Part shown: one piece after another, positions 41,060 to 50,644 of the stretch | How the letters are laid out: every line of letters starts with the position of its first letter | Numbering within the stretch: the first letter of the stretch is position 1 | Translations under genes and position numbers: made by a program | Notes under the pieces: model-generated | What the model was told of the DNA's origin: nothing | Seen by the model: the letters and a program-made list of their open reading frames with translations, nothing else | The model's database searches: none | DNA from: an uncultured delta proteobacterium | GTDB lineage: Bacteria > Myxococcota > Kuafuiibacteriia > Kuafuiibacteriales > Kuafuiibacteriaceae | Assembly: GCA_963803435.1 (NCBI GenBank) | Contig: CAWDML010000005.1 | Location: 1 to 64,000, forward strand | DNA length: 64,000 nucleotides | Direction of reading: 5' to 3'

Positions 41060-41710
41060 ATGGCGGACGACAGCTACACGCTTCGGGAGGTCGCCGAGCT
41101 CCTCGGCGTGAGCAAGCGAACCCTCCAGCGCCGCATTCAGGAGGGCGCGTTCCCCAACCGATTCCTCAGCCCGGGCCGCCACGGGCTCGAGACCCGCATC
41201 GCCGCCGACGACGTCCGCCGCCTCCTGGACGATCTCCGGCGCCACGGCCGCGAGCAGCCCCGCACCACCGCGATGAGCGTCCGCCCCCAACCGCTCGATA
41301 GCCTCGTCCCCTCCTATGAACCCGCCCCGCTCGACCACATCTCCAGCGCGCCCATCGTCGAGAACGCCCTCACGCAGACGGACCTCGAGTCCCTCCGGGA
41401 CACGATGCTCACCGTCGTCCGGGAAGAGCGCGAGATGTTCCTCGCCGCGGTCCGTTCGGCCCTCACCCTCCGGGACCGCGGAATCGCCACGCTCAAGGAC
41501 GAGCTCGCCGACATGCGCACCCTCATAGAGAACGTCCGCGCTGGCGTCGACCGCCTCGAGCGCCGCGTCCGGAGCGACAGCCGCCGCGATCCCCTCAGCG
41601 TCGACGAGTGGGTCGACGCCCTCCGGCCCGCCGGCCCGGTCGACGTCGACGGCATCCTTGAAGAGCTCGGCGCGCTGGAGAGCATGCTCGGGGTTTTCGA
41701 AGACAACTGA
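41060..41710 (+). CDS. Helix-turn-helix (excisionase/MerR-like) DNA-binding protein with C-terminal coiled coil
   Basis: YTLREVAELLGVSKRTLQRRIQEG; heptads IATLKDELADMRTLIENVRAGVDRLERRV. Confidence 0.8.
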   Translation: MADDSYTLREVAELLGVSKRTLQRRIQEGAFPNRFLSPGRHGLETRIAADDVRRLLDDLRRHGREQPRTTAMSVRPQPLDSLVPSYEPAPLDHISSAPIVENALTQTDLESLRDTMLTVVREEREMFLAAVRSALTLRDRGIATLKDELADMRTLIENVRAGVDRLERRVRSDSRRDPLSVDEWVDALRPAGPVDVDGILEELGALESMLGVFEDN

Positions 41711-41716
41711 AGGTGT

Positions 41717-41835
41717 TGTGGACGGATTGTGAATTGCGCTGTCTCGTGAGGGGAGTTGCTCGCGTAGGTTTCTGAAATTGTTTGTGAAACCGGCTTTCAC
41801 AGGCGGGGGCGACAATTCACAGGGGGAGTGGATAA
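41717..41835. promoter_or_regulatory. Cluster of DnaA-box-like sequences
   Basis: TGTGGACGG 41717, TGTGAATTG 41728, TGTGAAACC 41783, GCTTTCACA 41793, CAATTCACA 41813, AGTGGATAA 41827. Confidence 0.55.
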
Positions 41836-42503
41836 ATGCGAGGCGGCGTCCGCGGGGTTAGTGGTTCCACGGGGTGGCGGGCGCGGACCCGCCGTCGCAG
41901 ACGGCGACGCTTCCTCAGACCGGGACGGAGAGGCCCGGGTCATGTTCACCCAGGTGTCGCGAGTCGACTTTTTCAAGCGAACCTCCGTCTGCGTGTTTGA
42001 GAACCTCGGTCGAATCGGAGGACTCGGTGCCCACGGGCCCTGACCCGCTGCGCCCGTCTCGATGGCTGGACGGGCATCCGGACGGGCGCTCGAAGGAAGA
42101 CACAGTCGCGGTCAGCTGGATTGGATCCGCGCGTATCGCGTCGCATCGGAGTGGGGGAAACGGAACGCTCGCGGCGCGCGGCCGGCGGCTGCATCGGCCC
42201 TCGGATCGCTCGCTGCGCTCGCTGACTTTCGGCCGGCTCCCAACCGGCGTCGGTTCGCGAGCACCTCTCTCGCCAGTACGGGTCGTCGTCTCCGCGGTCC
42301 AGCTCGGATGGACTCCGCCCTGCGGAGACCAGTCTCCATCTCGGCGGACCCGTCGACTCCCGCTGCCCAGGCGCGACGCGACGACCACAATCTCCGCGCC
42401 CAGGGCGCACCGCGGCTCGCCAGAACTAGAACCGCCGCGAGGCGGTACGAATGGCACTGGTGGGCTTGCGTCGCTTCGGGATTCCGATTCGCGCAAGTGG
42501 CGC

Positions 42504-42519
42504 TGTTCCACGTGGCACA
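42504..42519. promoter_or_regulatory. parS: parS centromere-like site
   Basis: TGTTCCACGTGGCACA, one mismatch from the TGTTCCACGTGGAACA palindrome. Confidence 0.75.
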
Positions 42520-43893
42520 CTCTGGCGCTGACCCGCCGTGCCCGAGCGTCGGATGCCCGGGCGCGACTGAGGCAACGAGGTGAGGCGGGCGAGGGGCATG
42601 AGAATCGTCCCGCCGAGCCAAACGGTGGGCCGGTAAACCATCCGCGTCCCTTGAGCCGGGCCGCGGGCAACGGGGCGACCTCCCGGAGGTCGACGCGCGG
42701 CTCATCGGCCGTCGAGGTGCGTCGCTTGCAGGCCTGGTCCAGGCAGACATAGGCCGTGGCCTGCCGTCACGGCCCGCTTCGACTCGCCTTCGCTGTCGGC
42801 GGATCTCTGCGCGCGTTCCCAACCGCGCCGGAACATGGACGAGCCGCTTCCGCGCAGCCTCCGGTTCCGGGGCCTCACGGGCCGGATGCGGCGGATGTCC
42901 ACGTCTATTCGGACGAGCCCGGACAGCCGCCCGAGAGCCAAGGCTACGGCCGTGCCCTAGGACCCGTCGGACCCCCGCGCAGATGCCGAAGGCCCTCGAA
43001 CACCCTTCACGCGCGAGACGCCTGGCCATGCGGACTTCCGCGGTGGAGCTTCGGGCAAGCAGCGCGTCTGCGCCCTAGCGCCGGCCCTCCGCCGGGCCTT
43101 TGGGGGCCTGGGCGGGCGGCTCCGTCGCGCGTGGATCGCGGCGATGTCGAGGGGCGTTGGATCGGGCGATCGCAGCGGACCGAGGGCTCGGGCTCGGATC
43201 GGTGCTCTTCGCTCTCAGATTCCTCGCCTGTCCAGCCCCAAGGCCTCCCTTTCGGGAGGCGCAGTCGACCTTTCGCCGAAGTCTTGTTTGACTCGGCCCC
43301 TCGTTCCCGTCGGCGCACGGTCACCTGGGCGGGCGTCAAGAGGATTTCGGCGCTCCTCCCTGTCCCGGTCCAAGCCCTCGCCTCCTCGTTCCGAGCTTGA
43401 CCCTCGGCCGGTTTCGACGCGGAGGAGAGGGCCTCGCCCGGTGTTCGCGGTGGTGAACCCAACGACGGGGTCCCCGGGGCCCAACCGGAGGAGGGACGCC
43501 CGCTGAAGCTCAGGAGGCGCTCGAATAGTTTGGAGGGCGCGGCGCGGAGGGCACGGCGGACTCGGGCGCCCACCCTCCCCGATCGAGCTCCGTTCCGTCG
43601 CGGATGTCCCTTTAGGCTCGGGAGACAGCGCGATGATCGGCCCCATGGGATCCCGGTGTTCCGAGCGTCAGGGGCGAACAGAGGGCTCAATGATGACGAT
43701 GATCCCCCGGGCATGGCCCATGAGGACATCCCGCCTGTTCGCGCATGGCGAGGCCATCTGGGTTCGACGACGCGGGCGGGTATGGGAGCCGACGAAGGCG
43801 GAGCGAAGGCGGGGGACGGAGCTCGGCGGGGGCGATTGAGTTGCGCGGTCCGTTTGCAAGCGAGAGGTCGCGGGCGCTCCGCCGACGGGCGAA

Positions 43894-43909
43894 AGTTCCA
43901 CGTGAAACG
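43894..43909. promoter_or_regulatory. parS: parS centromere-like site
   Basis: AGTTCCACGTGAAACG; the core GTTCCACGTGAAAC matches the parS consensus. Confidence 0.8.
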
Positions 43910-44211
43910 GTTGAGCGGTCGGAGTGAACCTCCCAGGCTGCCGCTGTCAGACTCGGTGATCCTGGGGCATCCGGGCCCTCCAGCCTCGATCCGGGCGTCG
44001 AGCGCGGGGCGCGGTGAAGCGAGCACCCGTGCGCCGCCAGGGCCGTTCAGCCGATCGGGACCCACGGCGAGGCGGTTCGAGGTGGTGCCCGTCGTTGTTG
44101 CCGCGTGAAGAGGCTGTCAGCCTGCGGGCTTCGGGCTGCGATGACGGGACTCGGAGGTCCGTCGCGCGGCCTGATACCGAGGGCGGCGAACCTGCGGGCG
44201 AGGCCGGGCCG

Positions 44212-44701
44212 GGTCGGAGCCGGCCCCGAAGCGCGAGGGAACGCTCGGGCGGGCCGGCGACCTCGCCCGCGTCGCCGCGCTGGGGCCGGTCGAAGGATTC
44301 GTCCATCGAGATTCCCCAGGTTCTGTTCGGTGGGCTCGGGACCCCGTGGGCCGAAGGCCTTGGGATCCGGAGTGGGGCCTGTTGCTGACGACGTTAGCCA
44401 CCGGGCCTCCAGCGTGTCGGAGCTCGAATGGCCGGCGTTGGAAGGGCGGACCTCAGGTCGAAGCCGTCCCCGAAGCGCGAGGGAACGCTCGGGCGGGCCG
44501 GCGCCCTCGCCCGCGTCGCCGCGCTGGGGCCGGTCGAAGGATTCGTCCATCGAGGTTCCCCAGGTTCTGTTGGGTGGGCTCGGGACGCAGTCGGCCGAAG
44601 GCCTTGGGATGCGGAGTGGGGCTTGTTGCTGACGACGTTAGCCACCGGGCCTCCAGCGTGTCGGAGCTCGAATGGCCGGCGTTGGAAGGGCGGACCTCAG
44701 G
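44212..44701. repeat. Tandem direct duplication, 244-bp period, 2 copies
   Basis: ccccgaagcgcgagggaacgctc... at 44224 and 44468; both copies end ...ggaagggcggacctcagg (44457, 44701); scattered substitutions. Confidence 0.92.
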
Positions 44702-45854
44702 GCTCGAGGAGAGCCGGGGCACGCGCGCAGCGCTGCCTCCTCGTCCTCCGGCGGACGGCGAGCGGGTGCGGCGGTCCCGCGATCGCCTCGCCCCGGTTGT
44801 CGACGAGCGCAGGCTGGAGTGCGCTGTGGGCGCCGTCGGTCTAGGCGCGCCGCCCAGCCGAAGGCGTCGGTGTGTCCACCTCGCCGAGGCGGGTTGCGTG
44901 GGCGGAGGGCGCTCGGCACTGAGGCACCAACGGTGAGGGCGCGACCGCCGCCGGGAGGCTGCGCCGGGCATGAGCTTGGCGGTTCGAGCCACCCATTCAA
45001 AGGCTCAAGGGAGCCCGGACGTACGTGAACCGATGTCCAGCGGTCAGGGTTGCGATCAGCGGGTCGGGGCGCCGCCTGCTGGACGCGAGGTTGGCGGTGG
45101 CAGGAACGGTCCGAAGGGACTGGGCGGAGCGCAGGCGGCAAAGGGAAGAAGGTCTGGGAGTGAAGCGCGGGGCGTGGACATGGTCGGCGGCGGGAGACGT
45201 AGACCTGCCCGACGCCGTTCATCGATCGTCTCCGGCCCGGCGCACGTTCCCCGTAAAAGTTGGACGCCGACCTCCACGTGCGCGCTCACGTCTCACGATC
45301 GGGATCAAGATCGGGATCCGGACGGGATCACGATCGGGAATCGCGATTCACGATCCACGGCGGATGGGGCGGGCTACGCTCCAGAGTTCGGGGAGCCGCG
45401 AGGTCTCAAAGGAAGGTCTCGGGTTGAATGGCGGCGGCGGTCTCCATGGGGAAACTCCGGGCTCGGGTCGCCGTTCGCAAGATCGGATCCGGGGTCATGG
45501 GCCCTCGAGTCGGGCGCTCCCCGGCGCGTGTGGGTTGGGTGGAGATCTGCATTCCGGCGCCTGCGGACCGGGCATGATCTCGAGCGTGTGGGGCGGGTTC
45601 CCGCCGGCGAGCGGAGGTTGCAAAGCGATCGGGTGACGAGGGGACGAGCTCGGGGGGTGCAGGAGACCGCTGCCTGTGCGGGTCGGGTTGAGGCGCTGGT
45701 CGGTGCCGCCTCTCGGGCAGCATCTCGGGTGGAGCCGCGGCAGCTCGGTTGCTTTGAAGCGCATGATGGCGCACCGAAGGCGCGGAGGTCGACCGTGCAT
45801 TCGGAGGTGTCGAGGCCACGGTCGGGGACCCCACTTCAACGGTTTCGAACACCC

Positions 45855-45870
45855 CGTTCCACGTGAAACA
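45855..45870. promoter_or_regulatory. parS: parS centromere-like site
   Basis: CGTTCCACGTGAAACA. Confidence 0.8.
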
Positions 45871-45916
45871 CAACCTGTTGTGCCTGTTCGCCCTCAAGCC
45901 ACGACATACCGCCCTT

Positions 45917-46999
45917 TCACACCTCCGAGACCATCTCCACCTCCGCGGACTCCACAATTCGGAGTCCGTCCCCCTTCCGCTCGACCCCCGGCGCGACCCG
46001 AACGAGGCTCCCAGGCTCGAGGCCGCGGAGCGTCGGGTGGGCGGGGTGGCGGCGGAGCGCGGTGAGGGTGACGAGTCCTTCAGGGCCGCAGGCGCGCGCG
46101 ACAATCTTGGGCCGGCCGTGGGGGCGGACGTCGAGGATGCGGAGGGCATCGGGAGCGAACGGTTGGCGACCGAGAATGAGGAAGCTCAGGTGCTGCTCGT
46201 GCCAGTGGCGGCGGGCGCGGTCGGCGAGGGCGCGGGCGAAGGGCCCCTCGGGCAGGCGCCACGTGAAGTGGCACCAGTCTCGGGGTCGCCCCAGGAGGGG
46301 GCAGTGGGCGGCGCCGGTGCAGGGGGCATGGATGTGGAGGCCGGCGGGGAGGTCGTCCCGGAGGCGTTGAAGGCGCTGGGCGGCGCGGGGGGTGCCGGGC
46401 TCGAGGAGGTAGAGGCGGCCGGTCGCCGTCAGCATGTCGGTCCAGCGGTCGACGTGGTCTCGGAGCGCTTGGGGGTCGTCGCAATCGGGGAGCTCGTTGA
46501 GGACGAACGGGAGCGCGAGGGCGTCGGCGGGGGCGAGGGGCGTGTAGCGGTTGAGGTCGGTGGCGACGCACGTCGGGGGTGCACGGCCACAGGCTTCGAA
46601 GAGGCGGTGGGCGTGGGCGAGGCGAGCGGCGTCGCGGTCGACCAGCGTGATCGCGCGAGGTGACGCGAGGTCCGCCTGGAGGGCGAACGGCGCCCAGCCC
46701 GCCCCAAGCTCGACCAGCGGACCCGGCCCGGGAGGATAGGCACGAAGCAGCCGGTGGGCGGCATGGAAGGTCCGAGCGGCGTAGACCAGGCCGAACACGG
46801 CGCTGATTGCGCCGGCGTCGAGATTTTCGGGGCTGGGGGCGGCGGCCTCGTCGTTCCAGCGGTCCGACATCCAGGCATAGGCGGCCGCCAGATGATCGAC
46901 GTCGAGGGTCTCCGGATCCCAGCCGAGAGCGGTGAGGATGACGGACTCGAAGGCGACGGCGCGGCGGGTAGGATCCTCGGCGACGAGGTCCGTGGACAC
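45917..46999 (-). CDS. Rsm22-family methyltransferase-like protein
   Basis: VELGAG motif I, LLEPGT, APC...CP...DWCHF cysteine cluster. Confidence 0.75.
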   Translation of the reverse strand: MSTDLVAEDPTRRAVAFESVILTALGWDPETLDVDHLAAAYAWMSDRWNDEAAAPSPENLDAGAISAVFGLVYAARTFHAAHRLLRAYPPGPGPLVELGAGWAPFALQADLASPRAITLVDRDAARLAHAHRLFEACGRAPPTCVATDLNRYTPLAPADALALPFVLNELPDCDDPQALRDHVDRWTDMLTATGRLYLLEPGTPRAAQRLQRLRDDLPAGLHIHAPCTGAAHCPLLGRPRDWCHFTWRLPEGPFARALADRARRHWHEQHLSFLILGRQPFAPDALRILDVRPHGRPKIVARACGPEGLVTLTALRRHPAHPTLRGLEPGSLVRVAPGVERKGDGLRIVESAEVEMVSEV

Positions 47000-47000
47000 C

Positions 47001-47306
47001 TCAGTCGTCCTTCGACTGGCGCGATGCGAAGGCAGCGATTCGCTCGGCGGCGTCCTTGGGGGGACGGCCCGGGCCGCCGGGGACCCACTTGCCCACGCGG
47101 GCGCGGCTTCCGCGCGCCTTCTTGGTGAGGGCGTCCACCTTCCGGGTCAGCTTCTGGAGCTCGGCGCGGAGCGCCTCAATCTCCGCCTGATAGAGCTTCT
47201 GGCTCTCGCCAATCGTTCGGAGAATTTCTTGCCGGAGGTGGAGCTCGAGCTCCTCCGCCAGGAGCCCTGCGTACTCGCCAACCCGGTTCTTTCTAGGGCG
47301 ACCCAT
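47001..47306 (-). CDS. Small coiled-coil protein with two AT-hook-like motifs
   Basis: MGRPRK at the N-terminus, PGRPPK near the C-terminus, central heptads (EIEALRAELQKLTRKVDAL). Confidence 0.65.
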   Translation of the reverse strand: MGRPRKNRVGEYAGLLAEELELHLRQEILRTIGESQKLYQAEIEALRAELQKLTRKVDALTKKARGSRARVGKWVPGGPGRPPKDAAERIAAFASRQSKDD

Positions 47307-47362
47307 CGCGGAGTTTCCAAAATTCTGTAACACCTCGGCGGAGATTCGGTCAAAAACCCAGA

Positions 47363-48634
47363 CTAAAGTTCCAAAGACTCTTTTAGCCAGTCAATAACTT
47401 GATCAATCCCTCCGGCCTCTGCGCGGGCGCTGTCGTCGAGAATCTCGCGGGTCGCCCGGGGATTTCGGAACCAATCCTCGTCGAAGCGCTCCCGCAGCGA
47501 ACGCGCGAGGCCGGCGCCGCGGCAGAGCATGGACTCCGTCCGACCGCCGCCGGCGTAGCGGGCGGAGGCCTCGCCCGGCGCCGACTCGAAGCGGGCCCCG
47601 GTCCAAAGGAGTCGGGCGAGTCGGAGCGGGCGTGCAAAGCCGACCGTGCCCGACTCTCGATTGGAGAGATCTTCGAGGCTGCACGCATGCGCGACGAGCT
47701 GACACTCGAAGGCCGTCCACGCCAGGGCGGCCGCCACGGCCCGAGCGGTGCGGCGGCGGTTCGCGCCGCCGTCGGCGAAGCACGGCTGGAAGGGGAGGGT
47801 GGTCGCCGCGAAGGCGAGAGCGGCGCCGATCGCACCGGCCGCTCCGCCGAGGAGCGCGGCGACTGCAGACCAGCTGTCGCCGTCGGCGATGACGTGTGCT
47901 GTGCCCCGACCCCACGGGACCAGCGGCTGATCGAACGGGAGCGTGCCCGGGCCGACCAGCGGATGACGAACCCGGAAGTCCGCGACCTCGCGACCGGCGA
48001 CCGCGACCCGCAGCGCCCCATACTCTAGGGGGCGCCGCCCGCCGGTGGCCTCGGCCAGCGCGAGCGACAGCTCGCCGAGCGCGGAGGCTTGATCGGGTCC
48101 GGTCGCTCCGGGAGCGGGCGGCCCCGCGGTGACCAGTCCCAGCTCGGCCATCAGCTCCGCGGTGGGCAGCAGGATCGAGCCGTGGCGGGCGGGCTCGACT
48201 GCGGCGGGACGCACCCGCGGGACCGGATCGGGGGCGATGGAGGCCAGTGTGTCCAAGGCCTCGTCGAGGTCGCCGAGGGCTGCCAGGGCGATCTGGCGCT
48301 CCGCGGTGTCTCCCCTGCGAAGCCGCGCCATCGCCTCCGCGGACTTGAACCGCACCTTGCCGCCCTCGAGCTCGGTCGAGGCGATCCGCGCGCGCGCCCG
48401 CGCTTCTCGGCCGAAAGGGAATGCAAGGTAGCTTGCAAATCGCTCGCCGGCGGCGGGTGCCTGGGCGGCGAGCTCGCGGAGATGTCCTTCGTCGGTGAGC
48501 CGCCGCTCTCCGGCCAGGGCGTGATCGATGAGCTCGGCCAGGGGCTGGGGGTCGCCGGCGTCGGCCCGGCTCCGCGCCCGGGGCGCCTGGACGTCCAGGC
48601 GGGACAGCGCCTCCTCGAGTGCGTCGATGCCCAC
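47363..48634 (-). CDS. Hypothetical protein
   Basis: 423-aa ORF in a - strand operon; C-terminal LRERFDEDWFRNPRA. Confidence 0.55.
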   Translation of the reverse strand: MGIDALEEALSRLDVQAPRARSRADAGDPQPLAELIDHALAGERRLTDEGHLRELAAQAPAAGERFASYLAFPFGREARARARIASTELEGGKVRFKSAEAMARLRRGDTAERQIALAALGDLDEALDTLASIAPDPVPRVRPAAVEPARHGSILLPTAELMAELGLVTAGPPAPGATGPDQASALGELSLALAEATGGRRPLEYGALRVAVAGREVADFRVRHPLVGPGTLPFDQPLVPWGRGTAHVIADGDSWSAVAALLGGAAGAIGAALAFAATTLPFQPCFADGGANRRRTARAVAAALAWTAFECQLVAHACSLEDLSNRESGTVGFARPLRLARLLWTGARFESAPGEASARYAGGGRTESMLCRGAGLARSLRERFDEDWFRNPRATREILDDSARAEAGGIDQVIDWLKESLEL

Positions 48635-48644
48635 CGCCCTTCCC

Positions 48645-49091
48645 TCAACCGAACTTGATGTTCATGAACCGGAGGTAGAGCTCGACGTCGGCCTCCGGGT
48701 GCGACCCCGTCAGCCGGGTCCGCAGCTCGTCACCCTTGGCGGCGTCAACCTCGGCCATGAAGTCGAGGTCCGCGTCCGTGAGGCCGTTGTCGTGGGCGAC
48801 CTCGAAGAAGTCGAGGGCGTCGGCGAGGAGTGTCCGCCGGGTGTAGAGGTAGTTGCGGATCAGCTCTTCGGCGACGGGGTCCTCGATCGCCGCGCCCTCT
48901 TGGATCGCGCTGAACAGCCGCTTGATCCGCACCTCGTTCTTCTTGTTGGTCGCCAGCGAGAAGGCACCGCCGCTCCTCGACTTGATGCCGACGCGCCGGA
49001 AGACCTCCTCGCGAAACTTCTTCGGAGAAGCGAGTACGACCTCGGTGAAGTAGCTCTCGCTCATCGTGGAGAGCAGCTCGTTCGGAGACAT
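48645..49091 (-). CDS. Hypothetical protein
   Basis: Globular-looking C-terminal part of ORF 48645-49799, starting MSPNELL. Confidence 0.65.
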   Translation of the reverse strand: MSPNELLSTMSESYFTEVVLASPKKFREEVFRRVGIKSRSGGAFSLATNKKNEVRIKRLFSAIQEGAAIEDPVAEELIRNYLYTRRTLLADALDFFEVAHDNGLTDADLDFMAEVDAAKGDELRTRLTGSHPEADVELYLRFMNIKFG

Positions 49092-49126
49092 CGAGCGCGA
49101 TCGACTACCTGAAGAAGAGCCGTGTG

Positions 49127-50599
49127 TCAGCGCTCCTGGACCGGCAGAAACTTCAGCCGCACGGTTCGGCTCTCGCCCGGCTTCACCCGGACCTCGATGG
49201 TGCGGACCTGATCGCCCCATCGTCCCGTGATTCGATGTCGTCCGGGGATCACGGGAATGCCGTCGACCGGGGCCTCGCCGAGGGCCTTTCCGCCGACGAC
49301 GACGGCGACATCGGCGGTATCGGCCTCGACGTGGAGGTAGCCGTAGCGCCCGTCGTAGGACGACCCGATGTAGACGCCAGCCGCGACGCTGAGGAACACC
49401 AACGCCGCGAAGACCAGCAGGAACCAGCGCCAGGTCCCGAGGACGGCTGCGGCCATACCCAGGAGCCCGGTCGCCGGTTGAACGTGGGCCTTCTCCAGGC
49501 CAGGACGGGCGGGGCGAAGCCGGAGGTCGGGATCGGTCACCTCCTCCAGGAGCTCGAACCCGGAGTCGAGGATCTGGCGGTGACGGGTCGGATCGTTGCG
49601 GGCCCTGCGCAGCGCCAGATCTCGCGAGGCGAGCTGCTCCTCGAAGAGATACGCGACCCACTCGGCGAGCTGATCCCGCGCTTGGGCCCGCGTTCGCAGG
49701 TCGGCCTCCTCGAGCGAGGTCTTCATGCGGAGCGCGTCGCCGTACCGCCAGCGGGGATTCTTGCGGAGCGATCGCCAGGCGACCCACGACAGCCCCCATG
49801 GCAGGTCGGCTTGCACGGTCTTGGGGAACGGGACCGAACAGGTCATCACCGCCTTGACCGTCTCGTAGTCGCTGACGCGGTAGAACAGTCGCTGCTGCGT
49901 CATCATCTCCCAGAGGATCACGCCAACGCTGAAGATATCGGCGCGCTGATCGACCCCGCGAAAGTTCACCTGCTCGGGTGACATGTACGCGTACTTACCT
50001 TTGAGCACGCCCGCGCGCGTGCGTGAGATCTGCGCCGCGGCCTTGGCCAGGCCGAAGTCGAGCAGCTTCACCGAGCCATCGAAGCCCACGATGATGTTCT
50101 GCGGGGAGACGTCGCGGTGGATGACGTTGAGGGGGCGTCCGTCCTCGGTCCTGGCCTTGTGGTGGGCGTAGTAGAGCGCGTCGAGGACGTCGATCATGAT
50201 GGTTGCGATGTGCTCGGCCGGGAAGCGCACGCCCTTCTCCTGACACTTGTCTCGGATCTGGCCGAGGTCGCGACCGAAGACGAACTCCATCGCGAGGAAC
50301 TGCGTGTTGCCCTCCTCGCCCACCTCGTAGAGCTCGACGATGTTGTCGTGCCGGAGGCAGGAGGCGATCCGCGCCTCCTCCATGAGCATCGAGATCAGGT
50401 CCTCTTCATCGACCAGGTCGGCGCGGATCGTCTTCACGACGACCGTACGCTCGTAGCCTCGCTTGCCGTACTGCTGGGCGAGATAGATGTCGGCCATCCC
50501 TCCCACCGCGAGCCGCTTGATCAGCCGGTATCGACCGATGCGGCCTTCGTTCGTCTGCGCGGGGGCGACCATGGGACCGCTCGCCGGAGCATGTTTCAT
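49127..50599 (-). CDS. Ser/Thr protein kinase with TM helix and PEGA domain
   Basis: LAVGGMADI, VVK, HRDVSPQN, DFG, YMSPE; TM; PEGA-like C-terminus. Confidence 0.9.
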   Translation of the reverse strand: MKHAPASGPMVAPAQTNEGRIGRYRLIKRLAVGGMADIYLAQQYGKRGYERTVVVKTIRADLVDEEDLISMLMEEARIASCLRHDNIVELYEVGEEGNTQFLAMEFVFGRDLGQIRDKCQEKGVRFPAEHIATIMIDVLDALYYAHHKARTEDGRPLNVIHRDVSPQNIIVGFDGSVKLLDFGLAKAAAQISRTRAGVLKGKYAYMSPEQVNFRGVDQRADIFSVGVILWEMMTQQRLFYRVSDYETVKAVMTCSVPFPKTVQADLPWGLSWVAWRSLRKNPRWRYGDALRMKTSLEEADLRTRAQARDQLAEWVAYLFEEQLASRDLALRRARNDPTRHRQILDSGFELLEEVTDPDLRLRPARPGLEKAHVQPATGLLGMAAAVLGTWRWFLLVFAALVFLSVAAGVYIGSSYDGRYGYLHVEADTADVAVVVGGKALGEAPVDGIPVIPGRHRITGRWGDQVRTIEVRVKPGESRTVRLKFLPVQER

Positions 50600-50644
50600 C
50601 AAAAGCGTCTCGACTGCCAGCCCACCCTGAGATTGACGCAGCGC

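Noticed and set aside
44212-44701. Possible CRISPR array
   Set aside because: Only two 244-bp units, no short repeat with unique spacers, and no cas genes in the window.
41874-45866. ORFs of 150-350 aa in the parS tract
   Set aside because: Overlapping in all frames, with no RBS, codon bias or recognisable domains; not called as genes.
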